DNA of 63,925 nt, counting the filler, from Aduncisulcus paluster (lineage: Eukaryota), in NCBI GenBank assembly GCA_024181965.1. It is 6 parts of 6 records of this genome, joined end to end, with 100 filler letters (N's around TTAATTAATTAA, not from the genome) between each part and the next. Parts side by side here need not be neighbours in the genome. Positions count along the whole stretch, not along the records: positions 44,934 to 51,363 come from BQXS01010868.1; positions 51,464 to 58,777 come from BQXS01010870.1; 4 more parts are not named here. One strand, 5' to 3'. The notes under the pieces are model-generated. The model did not search any database, had not been told where the DNA came from, and saw nothing but the letters and a program-made list of their open reading frames with translations. This document shows positions 46,229-56,485 of this stretch, in pieces. The position numbers were made by a program, and so were the translations under genes. Each line of letters begins with the position of its first letter. Positions within the stretch are counted from its first letter, which is position 1.

Positions 46229-49200
46229 ATGGGAATTTGGTCAGCATTTCTTAAACAAGGATGTAATCCCGGATTGTATCCACCTGGGAAGGAACCAAAG
46301 GGTAAGAAACCACCAAAATTAATTGCATCACACAATGTTGTTCGTATTTCACCACTTGGTCTGAATAATGCCGAATTGAATTTCGTGAAAGGAACCGGAG
46401 GTATTCGTCTTCTTGGTACACTTCCATTAAAGTTCGATACATGTTCAAATGTTAGGGAAATATATATGAATGTGCATAATTTTTCCGGACCCAAACAACT
46501 TATCATAACTTTTGAACACTCTGATGGGATAAGCAAAACTCAACTTACTTACGATTTTGTTCGACCAACGTCAGAGTTCGAATGGCATCTACTCCGTGTT
46601 GATCGCCTAGAAAATGTAATATCATGTCGAATTGAGTCTAAAGGGGGTTCTTGGAACGGAATAGATGCCAGGCCCAGTATTTTTGGGATTCGAATAATGT
46701 GTTTTACTAAAAAACCAAGTGTTCTCTTGAAAGAGTGTCAATCGGATTTGAAAGAGAGAGAATCAACGATAATAGAACTCCAAGCAAAGATTTCACAAAT
46801 GTTTGAGGATCAAAGTGATCTCGTGAAAGATTTTCAATCGGAGTTGACCAGAAGAGACTCAACAATAACAGAACTCCAAACAAAGATCAGTGATCTTGAT
46901 TCCAGATTGTCTGCCTATCAACAATCCAATGAACGTGAATATCTCGTCATGGCTCGTAAATACGACTCATTACAAGAAGAAATATCGATTGTGTCCGATC
47001 GTCAGGCTGGAGCTACCATTTCTGTTAATTCGTCTGTTCAAGCTCTCTACGATTCAACAGTCAAACATCGTGACTTTGTTTTGAGTTGTATAACAAAGTT
47101 AGCTGATATTACGGATGAATCGAAATGCACGAGTGCCTCTATTATTGCGAGTATTTCCCCTTCTCTGTGGTGTGATTCTGAGTTTGGAAGTTCCTCTTCA
47201 TCCTCTTCCCCTGTTACCTATATCCTAAGTTTCCTTCGTTCTTTGCAATATGATAGTTCTTTTCAATCATCACATTCGGAACCTTCCTCTTCTTCTTCCC
47301 CATCTCCCTTGGATATATTGAATGGTATGCACAGGAGTATTCATTCTATGGTCAATTTTATCGATGAATCTTCCTCGTCACATCGAGATCTCTCTTCCAT
47401 TACCCCGATCCCATCTCCTCACGGCATTGTTTCTGAAATCCTCTCGCCAATTCCAGACAACCCTTGCTCGAAGACGTTGAATGATCGTGTGAAATCGCTT
47501 AAGTCCCTTTGCAATCTTGTGACATCTAACATGACCTCTGGTAATGTTCCTCCTATCGTGAGAACAGGAAAACAGTGTATATCACATCTCATGCTTTTCT
47601 TATCACACATTGTCGATGTTACTGTTACTGATGTTGATGATTCACTTTCTTCCCAGGCCTTACTTAACACTTGTGACCATGTCTCTGATGCAATTACAAA
47701 GTGTTTGCGACGTTTTGAAAAGAGTGAACATGACTTCAACGGATGTCTATCACAATATGAATTAATTAGAAAACAGTCGGAGTCATGTGCAGAAAGGATC
47801 GGTGATCTGAGTATGTCTACAATGCATGATGATTCCTGGGTGCTTGATGCTGCCACTGAAATAACTCAAATATTTCAGAAACTTAAAGATGAAGAAATAC
47901 CCGCAATTCCATTAGAGGAGAAGCAGGATGAGAGCTCCACTGACGAAGTTATGGCTATTTCTTCAAATTTTCTGACTTCTGTGTTGGTTTCCAATGCCAT
48001 TGACTCAGAGTCACCTAAACCAAAAGCCAAGGCTATCTCCTCGATGCTTCCTGAGTTTTCTCCATTTTCTAGTTACAAGAAAACACACTCGATGATAGAT
48101 AACGAGTTGGACAGATTGGATGAATCGAGTCTATCTCTGTTCCACTCGAAATACTCTTCTTCAATGGACTCTCTCGATGAAAGTATTGATATTCTTGCAA
48201 GTAGTTTATGCTCTCACATTTTATCCAGCTTAGAACAACAATTTGAAACTGATTCGGCCCTTACTTCCCTTAAAGCACGCGTTAGCGGACATTCCCATAA
48301 GACTGGCTCGGTTATGTTGGCCGATCTCAACGATGGGATGAAAGATCAGTGTAAGCATGAAGCAGAGACCTTTTCTTCCCTTCTAAACGTTCTCAATGTT
48401 GATTCTGGATATGTTCACACTTGCGAATCTTTTGAATCCGCCATTGTTTCTGTTGTTAATAGCTTATGTTCGATCCTTGACGTTTGCACAAAATATATGC
48501 ACATTATCGTTGATTATTATAGAGCTCTTCTTTTCTGTCTATTGCGAATGTGTGAGCTCTGCGGGTGGCGCAATAGTGTCGGAAACATTGAAGGAAGTGA
48601 GGATGAGATTGAGAAGATTCGTTCTGAAATGCAAGAACTGAGAAAGTTGATGAAAGGAAAACAAATGAAAAAAGGAGTTCTCATTCATGTTATTGAGAGT
48701 CAAAAAGAAAAGCTTACCCATCTCCAAGATCGTTCAAAGTCTTCTGGCACAACTTCGTCAAAGTTTGGACTTGATGATGAAGACAGCGAGGATGAATGTG
48801 AGGAAAATGTTGAGTTGTTAACTAAAACCCTCGATAATAATGAAAAGAAGTTGGAGAGAATTGCCAAAAACATTTCAACCATTTGCTCTGAGATGAACAA
48901 AAGGTATCTCCGTTGCATTGAGCTTCAGAAACATGCTAGTGCCTTATCTAGTGTGGGATTCTCTATTCCCCCGTGTCTCGATGAATCATTGATATTGTCC
49001 TATCCCTGTGTTAATGAAGGTGGAACTGACTGTGACGATCAAGACGAAGGAGACGCCGATAGAATGGGGATTCGCCGGTCATTTGGGAAGGATGAGGGTG
49101 CTCTTCCACTCATTTTTAGTACGGGAGTTGCTCTTGGTATGTTCAGTGATATTCAAGAGATTCGTTCTTCTGGTGGTTCGGATACTATGTCCAAGGATAG

Positions 49201-49969
49201 ATTCCTTCATGAGGGCAATGTTTTCTCTGCTCGCTGGCAGCTTAACGATACAACCCGTGACGTTGTGTTAAAGTTTATTGATATTCCAAACGATGGAACT
49301 GTTGGGTCTTCGGATATATCACCAACACATTATCGTACTTTGTTACGCTCTGCCTTTTCTGCACGCACTGGGAGTGACTGTCCTTATATTATTTCTCTTT
49401 TAAGTGTATTCTATGATGAGCATGTTCTCACTCCTTCCAAAACAGGAGCATACCTTGTCTTTCCATTCTATTCCAATGGGGACATGAATTATTGGCTCAA
49501 GAAAGCTCCTCGTTCAATATCTTCAGTTCGTCTCGTGTTGAAGAGTATTCTCCATGCTCTTGTCCACTTGCATCGGAATGGGATTGTTCACTGTGACTTG
49601 AAACCTCAGAATGTGTTGATCGATTCAGATGGACACGGAGTTCTCTGTGACTTTGAAGCTGCAGTAGATTCAAGCAATCGAATGATTGGAATATTGAGTC
49701 AAACCATGCGTGTGGGTACTCCAGGTTTCATTGCACCAGAGTTACAGAAATCGATGGCCAGGCATCAACACCCGCACCCTTCCCCAGCAAGTGACATTTA
49801 TTCATTCGGCATTCTCCTGAAGGATGTGTTCAAGACAATGTCCGAGTACGGGCCATCTCCAATCGAAATGCCTTCTGAAATATGTGCAATTATTGATTCA
49901 TGTCTGAGTGAAGATCCAACCGATCGTCCCATGGCCACAGATTTACTCGCAAACAAATGGTTCATGTAG
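46229..49969 (+). CDS. Kinase: N-terminal beta module, coiled coils, C-terminal Ser/Thr kinase domain
   Basis: VVLK, HCDLKPQN, DFE (for DFG), GTPGFIAPE, SDIYSFG, DPTDRP; no Gly-rich loop. Confidence 0.88.
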   Translation: MGIWSAFLKQGCNPGLYPPGKEPKGKKPPKLIASHNVVRISPLGLNNAELNFVKGTGGIRLLGTLPLKFDTCSNVREIYMNVHNFSGPKQLIITFEHSDGISKTQLTYDFVRPTSEFEWHLLRVDRLENVISCRIESKGGSWNGIDARPSIFGIRIMCFTKKPSVLLKECQSDLKERESTIIELQAKISQMFEDQSDLVKDFQSELTRRDSTITELQTKISDLDSRLSAYQQSNEREYLVMARKYDSLQEEISIVSDRQAGATISVNSSVQALYDSTVKHRDFVLSCITKLADITDESKCTSASIIASISPSLWCDSEFGSSSSSSSPVTYILSFLRSLQYDSSFQSSHSEPSSSSSPSPLDILNGMHRSIHSMVNFIDESSSSHRDLSSITPIPSPHGIVSEILSPIPDNPCSKTLNDRVKSLKSLCNLVTSNMTSGNVPPIVRTGKQCISHLMLFLSHIVDVTVTDVDDSLSSQALLNTCDHVSDAITKCLRRFEKSEHDFNGCLSQYELIRKQSESCAERIGDLSMSTMHDDSWVLDAATEITQIFQKLKDEEIPAIPLEEKQDESSTDEVMAISSNFLTSVLVSNAIDSESPKPKAKAISSMLPEFSPFSSYKKTHSMIDNELDRLDESSLSLFHSKYSSSMDSLDESIDILASSLCSHILSSLEQQFETDSALTSLKARVSGHSHKTGSVMLADLNDGMKDQCKHEAETFSSLLNVLNVDSGYVHTCESFESAIVSVVNSLCSILDVCTKYMHIIVDYYRALLFCLLRMCELCGWRNSVGNIEGSEDEIEKIRSEMQELRKLMKGKQMKKGVLIHVIESQKEKLTHLQDRSKSSGTTSSKFGLDDEDSEDECEENVELLTKTLDNNEKKLERIAKNISTICSEMNKRYLRCIELQKHASALSSVGFSIPPCLDESLILSYPCVNEGGTDCDDQDEGDADRMGIRRSFGKDEGALPLIFSTGVALGMFSDIQEIRSSGGSDTMSKDRFLHEGNVFSARWQLNDTTRDVVLKFIDIPNDGTVGSSDISPTHYRTLLRSAFSARTGSDCPYIISLLSVFYDEHVLTPSKTGAYLVFPFYSNGDMNYWLKKAPRSISSVRLVLKSILHALVHLHRNGIVHCDLKPQNVLIDSDGHGVLCDFEAAVDSSNRMIGILSQTMRVGTPGFIAPELQKSMARHQHPHPSPASDIYSFGILLKDVFKTMSEYGPSPIEMPSEICAIIDSCLSEDPTDRPMATDLLANKWFM

Positions 49970-50054
49970 AATCTACACATGTAGATCAGTCTCTTTGCCT
50001 TCACATCATTCGTCTTAACATCTCTTACAAGATTTGAGTATCTATATTATTTTC

Positions 50055-51363
50055 TCACTCTTCTTTCTTTAATAATAAACTCTTTTCCAAATCACGTTGG
50101 TGAATATCATGACTGTCGTTCAATGTCCCTTCCTTTTCTTTCCCAAGAATAGCAACTTTATCTTCAACTTTAACATCTATTGAAGCAGAAATTGCAGTTG
50201 TTGTATCATTTGGCTTCAATTCTTCATTGACTTCAAGCATAGAGACCAATACTTTCCCTCTATGCGTGCTTCCTTCCCTTCTCAGGACAGAAGCAGATGA
50301 CGAAGGGGTTTCTCTTCCACTGGTGCACGCACTCACCCTCTCTTCCTCATCCAATTCCTCAATGATTCCTCGCATGGAACCATAGAGAGACGTTGACCAG
50401 CCCATGGACGCACATTCAGAGAACCAACGAGATTCAAAGCGTTGACACTCACGAATAAATATTTTTTCTTCCTCTTCTCCACGACTAACAAGCCGACACA
50501 ACTCTAAAGTACTCTGTGCATGAGTGTGGGTAGCAGAAGAGGTTTGTTTGAGGACCTTAAGCATGTCTTTCTTACGTTCTTTCCTCTTCTTCTCACTCTT
50601 GGTTACACTGACACCTCCTACGATTGCCTTACTCATTCTTAGCTTCCTCTCGATGCTCTCTTCCATCCTCTCCTCAACGGGACATACACTACATACATTG
50701 ATGACGAGAACATCTTTTTCTTGGCCAATACGATACACACGGTCACTGGCTTGAAGATCTTGCTGAGGGTTCCAATCTCGGTCAAGGACGATGACAGTAT
50801 CAGCTGTTTGCAAGTTGATGCCAAGACCACCAGCTCTAGTCGTAAGAATAAAACAGAAAAGCTCAGAACCAGGGGCATTAAACTCTGATATCCTCTTAAT
50901 CCTCTCTTCGACATCAATACTTCCATCAAGACGACAGTATTTCATGGATAAATCAGTCAAAAACTCTTCCAACATGTCCAAAACTCCTTTAAATTGTGTA
51001 AAAATAAGCACACGATGGCCACACTTCTTGAATATGGGGAGGAATCGGTACAAAAACAGAAACTTACCACTCTTTCTCCAAATTCCACGCTTGTAGTTCA
51101 TAACACGTTCTTGCTCAAGACGTTTCATCTGCTCGGCCTCTTCTTGTGATAACAATTGTTTCTGTTTTTCTCCTTCCTCTTCCTCTTCCTCTTCTTCTCC
51201 TTCCTGATCTTCCTCTTCTTCTTTCTTCTCTCCAAGTTCTAATGCCTTTCCCTCAGTTTTCACTGAAGTTTCAACGACACCAGTCCCATCTTCTCCTTCT
51301 TTCTTAACTATCAGCTTATCTTCCTGTTGATCGTGATCTTCCTCCTCCTCTTCTTCTTCCTCC
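50055..51363 (-). CDS. SNF2-family chromatin-remodelling ATPase, C-terminal helicase lobe (5'-partial)
   Basis: SGKF, GHRVLIFTQF, YCRLDGS, TRAGGLGINLQTADTVI..D.DWNPQQDLQASDRVYRIGQ. Confidence 0.93.
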
Positions 51364-51463
51364 NNNNNNNNNNNNNNNNNNNNNNNNNNNNNNNNNNNNN
51401 NNNNNNNTTAATTAATTAANNNNNNNNNNNNNNNNNNNNNNNNNNNNNNNNNNNNNNNNNNNN
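51364..51463. other. Artificial contig spacer
   Basis: N block with TTAATTAATTAA. Confidence 0.97.
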
Positions 51464-52923
51464 CTCCATTATCCTCTGTTCAAGGCGAATCACCTTTTCT
51501 GCTTCCCACAGGCTTACCCTCTCTCCCTTCTGACATTGGAGGAATGTTTCCCCCGACTCTCGATCAGTCTCAGTTCTCACCTCATGCTGGGAGTTGTAAG
51601 AAACATGCGAGTTGTACCGTGAATCCCTTCCCAATGAATCACTATACTCACGCATTACCTAATCCCACCATTGACGGCCCCAAACCCGCTATTGGACACC
51701 CACATACTTATATGGCCTTCAGTGGACCTGCTATGTTCCATAATCCGTCTCCACAAGTAACGTATCATCCAACTGCATCCTTTGAAATGCTGGATAAACT
51801 TACTCCTCCTTCCTGTCCATATCCTGATGGAATTAGTGGCTATGATGGAAAACTTGAGGCCTCAAGATCCCCTTCGAGCCATAAAGAAGAAGAATCGCCC
51901 TCGAGGTCTCCTCTTGTCCCTCAATTCTTCCCTCCAACCCGTAGTGCTTCTGTGACTTCATCTTTGAATGGAACCCTCGGTATCTCCTCCTCAACACATA
52001 CTTCTGTCTTTTTCTCTGTTTTATTTGTATTTTGCCTCATTCTCTCCGAGATCCTCTCCCCTTGGATGTGGGTCCTTCATGGTGGCAAGGATATTGGGGG
52101 AAACTCTGGTCCTTTGCTATATTCTTCTTCTCCTTCTGGATCTTCTGGTGGTCCCATTCTCAACACATTCAACGCTGACAATGTCAACATATCCCCAATG
52201 GATCACATCAGAGCGTCTGGTACTGGGGTGGGGTTGACCAATACACTCATGGATCAAATTGACGAATCGATTGTATCATCAAGTCGGGGACCGCATCACA
52301 CGATGAAATCATATCTTGAATCGGATAGCATGTCGTCTCACACTGTTCATACAACCAATGCTTCCTCAATCAATAATTTATCAAATACTCAAATTCCTAA
52401 ATACTTGGAGCATTTAGTCGGTGTATCCAATTCTGATTCTCCAAAATCATTTTCATTCCCTGTCGAGCGTGGTTTCAGCACGACATTTAAATCCTCATGT
52501 GATTGTCCAAATGACGCTTCTTCCGCTATTCGTGATAATTCAACATACTTCACATACGATGAGTCTGATGCCATGTGGATGCATTACCCATCTGACTCAT
52601 TATCAGGAAGTGACCCTGCGGCGTCAGGAACAATGGCCTCGTCCTTATCAATTCCAAACTCACCCAACAGACAATTTGGGGAGTCGTCTCTCTCGATTTC
52701 TATCCCCTTTTTCCCGATTTCCTCCCATCTTCCTTCCAATTCTTCGTGCATTTTGCAATGCACAATCCCGACGCCTCCTCTTTCTCATTCGTCTCAATTG
52801 GATAATGGATCAGGCCCATGCACTTGCGATGACGAGGTTTGCGTGTGCGAAAGCATAGTTGGAGATAGGTTTATTATTCGAGATCAGGATCAAGTGGTCT
52901 CAGTACCTTTAACAATTGGATAA
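51464..52923 (+). CDS. 5'-partial Ser/Pro-rich protein with one predicted transmembrane helix and a Cys-containing C-terminus
   Basis: Frame open from the spacer; hydrophobic VFFSVLFVFCLILSEILSPW. Confidence 0.65.
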
Positions 52924-53535
52924 ATCTCACTAAGATTTCACCGGCAGTGGGTCATGCTCGAGATCATCGTACTAGAGAATCTACAACTAATTCTGCCAAA
53001 TATTCATCTTCACAAAACAATTATTCGGTTCTGTTTTGATGTTTTTTATGTTTATTATGAAATTAATTTTCCAAATAAATCTCTTGGGGCTGATTTTACT
53101 ATACTGTGATGAGCTCCAATGTTTTCTTGAATATTAATGAATAAAAAAAATAATCAAAAAATATATAACCGATAATCGGTTTTATTGAATGTGGCACTCC
53201 TCGATACCATGATTTCGAAAAGTAAACATCGATTTAACAAAATTGACCCATAAAACAAGATAGATAAACTGATTTTCTTGAATTCAATTATACGATTGAT
53301 TGATCATCTTCACAAAATCTTGTCAATCTCCTTCTTAACTTCCAGGCCACCTCAACTCATACCTAACAACCAATTATATTATTTCAACAGAAATTATGAA
53401 TATTTCCAAAACCTTTTTCATTTTAAAGTCATTTTTTTTCACTTGATTGGGGAGGTTTAACTTTTCTGGTCAGAGTTTGCCACTCCCAACTGCTCTTGTC
53501 AACTAAAGTGCTATCGTTGATTTTGAAACACTTAT

Positions 53536-54156
53536 ATGAATTCTCAAGTCCGAAATATATCTCCATTATTTATTACAACATCTGTTAGTGATTTTTACAA
53601 TCATTTTTCGGCTCTTTTCCTTAATATGAGGTCTGCTCAAAATATTATCGTTCTGGTGTGTAATCTTCCAGAAAAAAAGGATTCTGCCCTAAAAGACGAT
53701 AAAATATTCCCTTCTATATCTATTTTATCGCATTTTGTCCCTGTACCTCTTCATACAACGGTTTCTGATAGATTTTATCTGTTAGCTTCCGACATTCAAC
53801 CTGAAATTAATCGAAAAATTTCAAATCTATTATCAACATATAATATAAACTCCATCATAACATATTCAAATCAGTTTAAGGATCCTCTAAAGATTTTCAT
53901 CTCCAAAATCCTCCTTCGCTATTCGTCTCTCTTCGAATCAATAAGAGTATTTCTTCTTTGCTCGCCACTTTCATTATTTTCGCGTCTTCGGATACTTTTT
54001 TTCCGAATTATTCTTTCGATGCATCAACAGTCCCCCCATAATACTTTTCTCGATTTTTCTTCGGATTTGATTCCTCAAATCCATCAAATTCCCAAGGAAA
54101 ATTTAATTTCACAACAATTTAAAGTATCTAGGTGGGCCGTGATATCCGAAGTATAG
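53536..54156 (+). CDS. Dubious AT-rich ORF (206 aa)
   Basis: Length only; I/L/S/F-rich composition and no recognisable motif. Confidence 0.25.
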   Translation: MNSQVRNISPLFITTSVSDFYNHFSALFLNMRSAQNIIVLVCNLPEKKDSALKDDKIFPSISILSHFVPVPLHTTVSDRFYLLASDIQPEINRKISNLLSTYNINSIITYSNQFKDPLKIFISKILLRYSSLFESIRVFLLCSPLSLFSRLRILFFRIILSMHQQSPHNTFLDFSSDLIPQIHQIPKENLISQQFKVSRWAVISEV

Positions 54157-54493
54157 TGTAATCTCTCGTGATTTTCGTTTAAAATTCGTCTTGAATCTAT
54201 CTTTTTCATGTTTATTGCTCAATTAATTTCCCAGAACATCTATTTTTACTGGGATTTTTTGTTTTTTTTGCTCCGTACCTCTTACTGATCTTTGTTTCTT
54301 ATAATTAGTGGACAACAGAATTCTATTTTATTGTTTGTTGATATATATACTATTAATATTTTGGATATATTGAATAAATTATAGATAATTGCTTGTGAAC
54401 GATTATTTGTTGCTTTTTCCTTGAAGATTAAATTGTGACACTTTTTATCCCTTTCAATTTTTGACAAATTGTTGTGTTTAAATATTATTTGTT

Positions 54494-55894
54494 ATGCTTG
54501 AAACCATTTTCCTTATCGGTGAATCAGGAGTGGGCAAAACCATTTTGTTTTCTCATTTGATTGAATTGTTAACGGAAACAAAACAATACGAGGATGCATT
54601 AGCTCCAACAAGAGGGATGAACATTGAACCATTGTTTATTAGGCATCGTAAAATGTTCCCCAAGCCTCGAGAAAGTGCATCCTTCAGGACTCAAAGAAAA
54701 GCCATTTCAAAACGGATTGAAGAAGATACCAAAGTACACAGATCATTAAAACCCCATATTATGTTAGTTGATGTTGGTTCTAAGACTCTTCAGAAATATC
54801 TCACCCATTCTACTCAAAACTCATTTATTACTCCTTCATCTATTGTGTCTATTGTATTAAATTTAGGAAAATGGGAATTACACAAATCCCATCAATCGAA
54901 AAGCAAAGAGAGTATCAGCCCCTGCCTGTCCGGTGTCGGTGAACTTGACGAAGCTCATGACTTAACAGTTACCCCCCAACCCATTGAAGGCGAAGGAGAG
55001 TGTGCTGATCATGATTTAGAAAAACTACAGGCCCCTTCAAAGTCTCATGGGTTTGTACCCGTCGATAAATCGACAGGGGATTCTGTTGGGATAACTTCAA
55101 CTTCTTCCTCTTCTTCTCCAACACCTCAGTCACCTGTTGAAGCTGAGCCTTTGGATCCCTTTGCCACGATGCAGCGTCAGTTCTTCTCACAACGACTCTC
55201 TCTTCGAATGGCACAACGAACTCCAATTGTTTCTACATGCTCCCCTCATCAATTATTTACCGAGAGGTTGATAACTTTTCTTAAACATTCTGATGTCCGT
55301 CTCCAACAATGCCCTCCGATTCCCGTCGTCTTTTTAGTTAATATTCCAAGCATGATGCGTAAACCACGCAAAATTTCAAGAAAATCTGATATAATTTCGT
55401 CAAATCCCATTGAAGAAAAAGATGCAAAGAAATCTGATGATATTTCGGCATTAAAAACAACCAAAGAAATCGTGGAATCAGCAATGATATCAGTTTCTCC
55501 TTCTACTGTTTTGGAAGGTCCCAAAATAGATACTATTCAGGAGCAAGAAGGAGATTTGGAAACTGTTTCTTCTGGAGACGGTCGGGGTGATTTACCAAAG
55601 CCAAAAGAGGCCGTATCAATAGAACCAGAACACCCGATTGATAATCAAACTGCTGAATCAGCATGTTCCTGTGATCAAAGTCCTGTTGATGTTTCCACCC
55701 ATGCTCCCCTCGTTGAGACTGAACAAGAGGTAACTGGCCGAATCAATGGGCTTGTTCAGGAGATGTTAGAGGCGTATGGTGCCCTTGAAATGGTTAAACA
55801 TCGTCCCACTCTGTCTCTCTGTATGGATGTGAATATTCCATCCTATCAGACTATTGCTCAGATCATTCGATGGGGGGATGGTCTATTCTCTTAA
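54494..55894 (+). CDS. Highly divergent Arf/Arl-like GTPase with large insertions
   Basis: G1 GESGVGKT, G2 APTRGMNIE, G3-like LVDVG, G4-like VVFLVN. Confidence 0.6.
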   Translation: MLETIFLIGESGVGKTILFSHLIELLTETKQYEDALAPTRGMNIEPLFIRHRKMFPKPRESASFRTQRKAISKRIEEDTKVHRSLKPHIMLVDVGSKTLQKYLTHSTQNSFITPSSIVSIVLNLGKWELHKSHQSKSKESISPCLSGVGELDEAHDLTVTPQPIEGEGECADHDLEKLQAPSKSHGFVPVDKSTGDSVGITSTSSSSSPTPQSPVEAEPLDPFATMQRQFFSQRLSLRMAQRTPIVSTCSPHQLFTERLITFLKHSDVRLQQCPPIPVVFLVNIPSMMRKPRKISRKSDIISSNPIEEKDAKKSDDISALKTTKEIVESAMISVSPSTVLEGPKIDTIQEQEGDLETVSSGDGRGDLPKPKEAVSIEPEHPIDNQTAESACSCDQSPVDVSTHAPLVETEQEVTGRINGLVQEMLEAYGALEMVKHRPTLSLCMDVNIPSYQTIAQIIRWGDGLFS

Positions 55895-56485
55895 GAATGG
55901 ACATTAAATATTAAATATTACAAATTTGACGATATATGTGTGAGATTGAATTTTTATAAGTTTTTTTCGAAAATGAAATTTTTCCCCATTGTTATATATA
56001 TTTATTTACACATTTTATTCAAGATCTCACTCCATATTTTTCTTTTTTTTTTATTTTTTTATGATTTGATGCTTATATACACCTTGTATCGGGGATATTT
56101 TATGTGTATGGCATCCATTTCTTTTCAGTTTAATCGGTTGAAATATCGATGTTTTTATGTTATTTTTCACACGATTTCAATCCCAAATAATTCTTTTTAT
56201 TCAAATATCTCTTAAATCTCCGGATAAGTGAGTTAATTAACTACATATCTGAAACAAACAATGTTCTTGAATCCTTCACTGAATAAAACCTTCCAAATTG
56301 GAAGTTCCAATATTAAAAACGATTTTGCGCATTGGAATTCAGATGAAAAAATTGGCAAAGAATTAGATCCAACTGTTGATCGAAATTGCTGATCAAAAGT
56401 TTCGAAAAACAACATTTATATAAAAATATCATAATATATAAAAAAAATACAACATAATCTTCAAGATACCAAATGTGAGTTACAC

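Noticed and set aside
46730-46890. 96-bp diverged internal duplication in the coiled coil, and similar short repeats at 59325-59415, 59647-59680 and 62995-63050
   Set aside because: Ordinary in-frame coding repeats; no CRISPR-like repeat-spacer structure.
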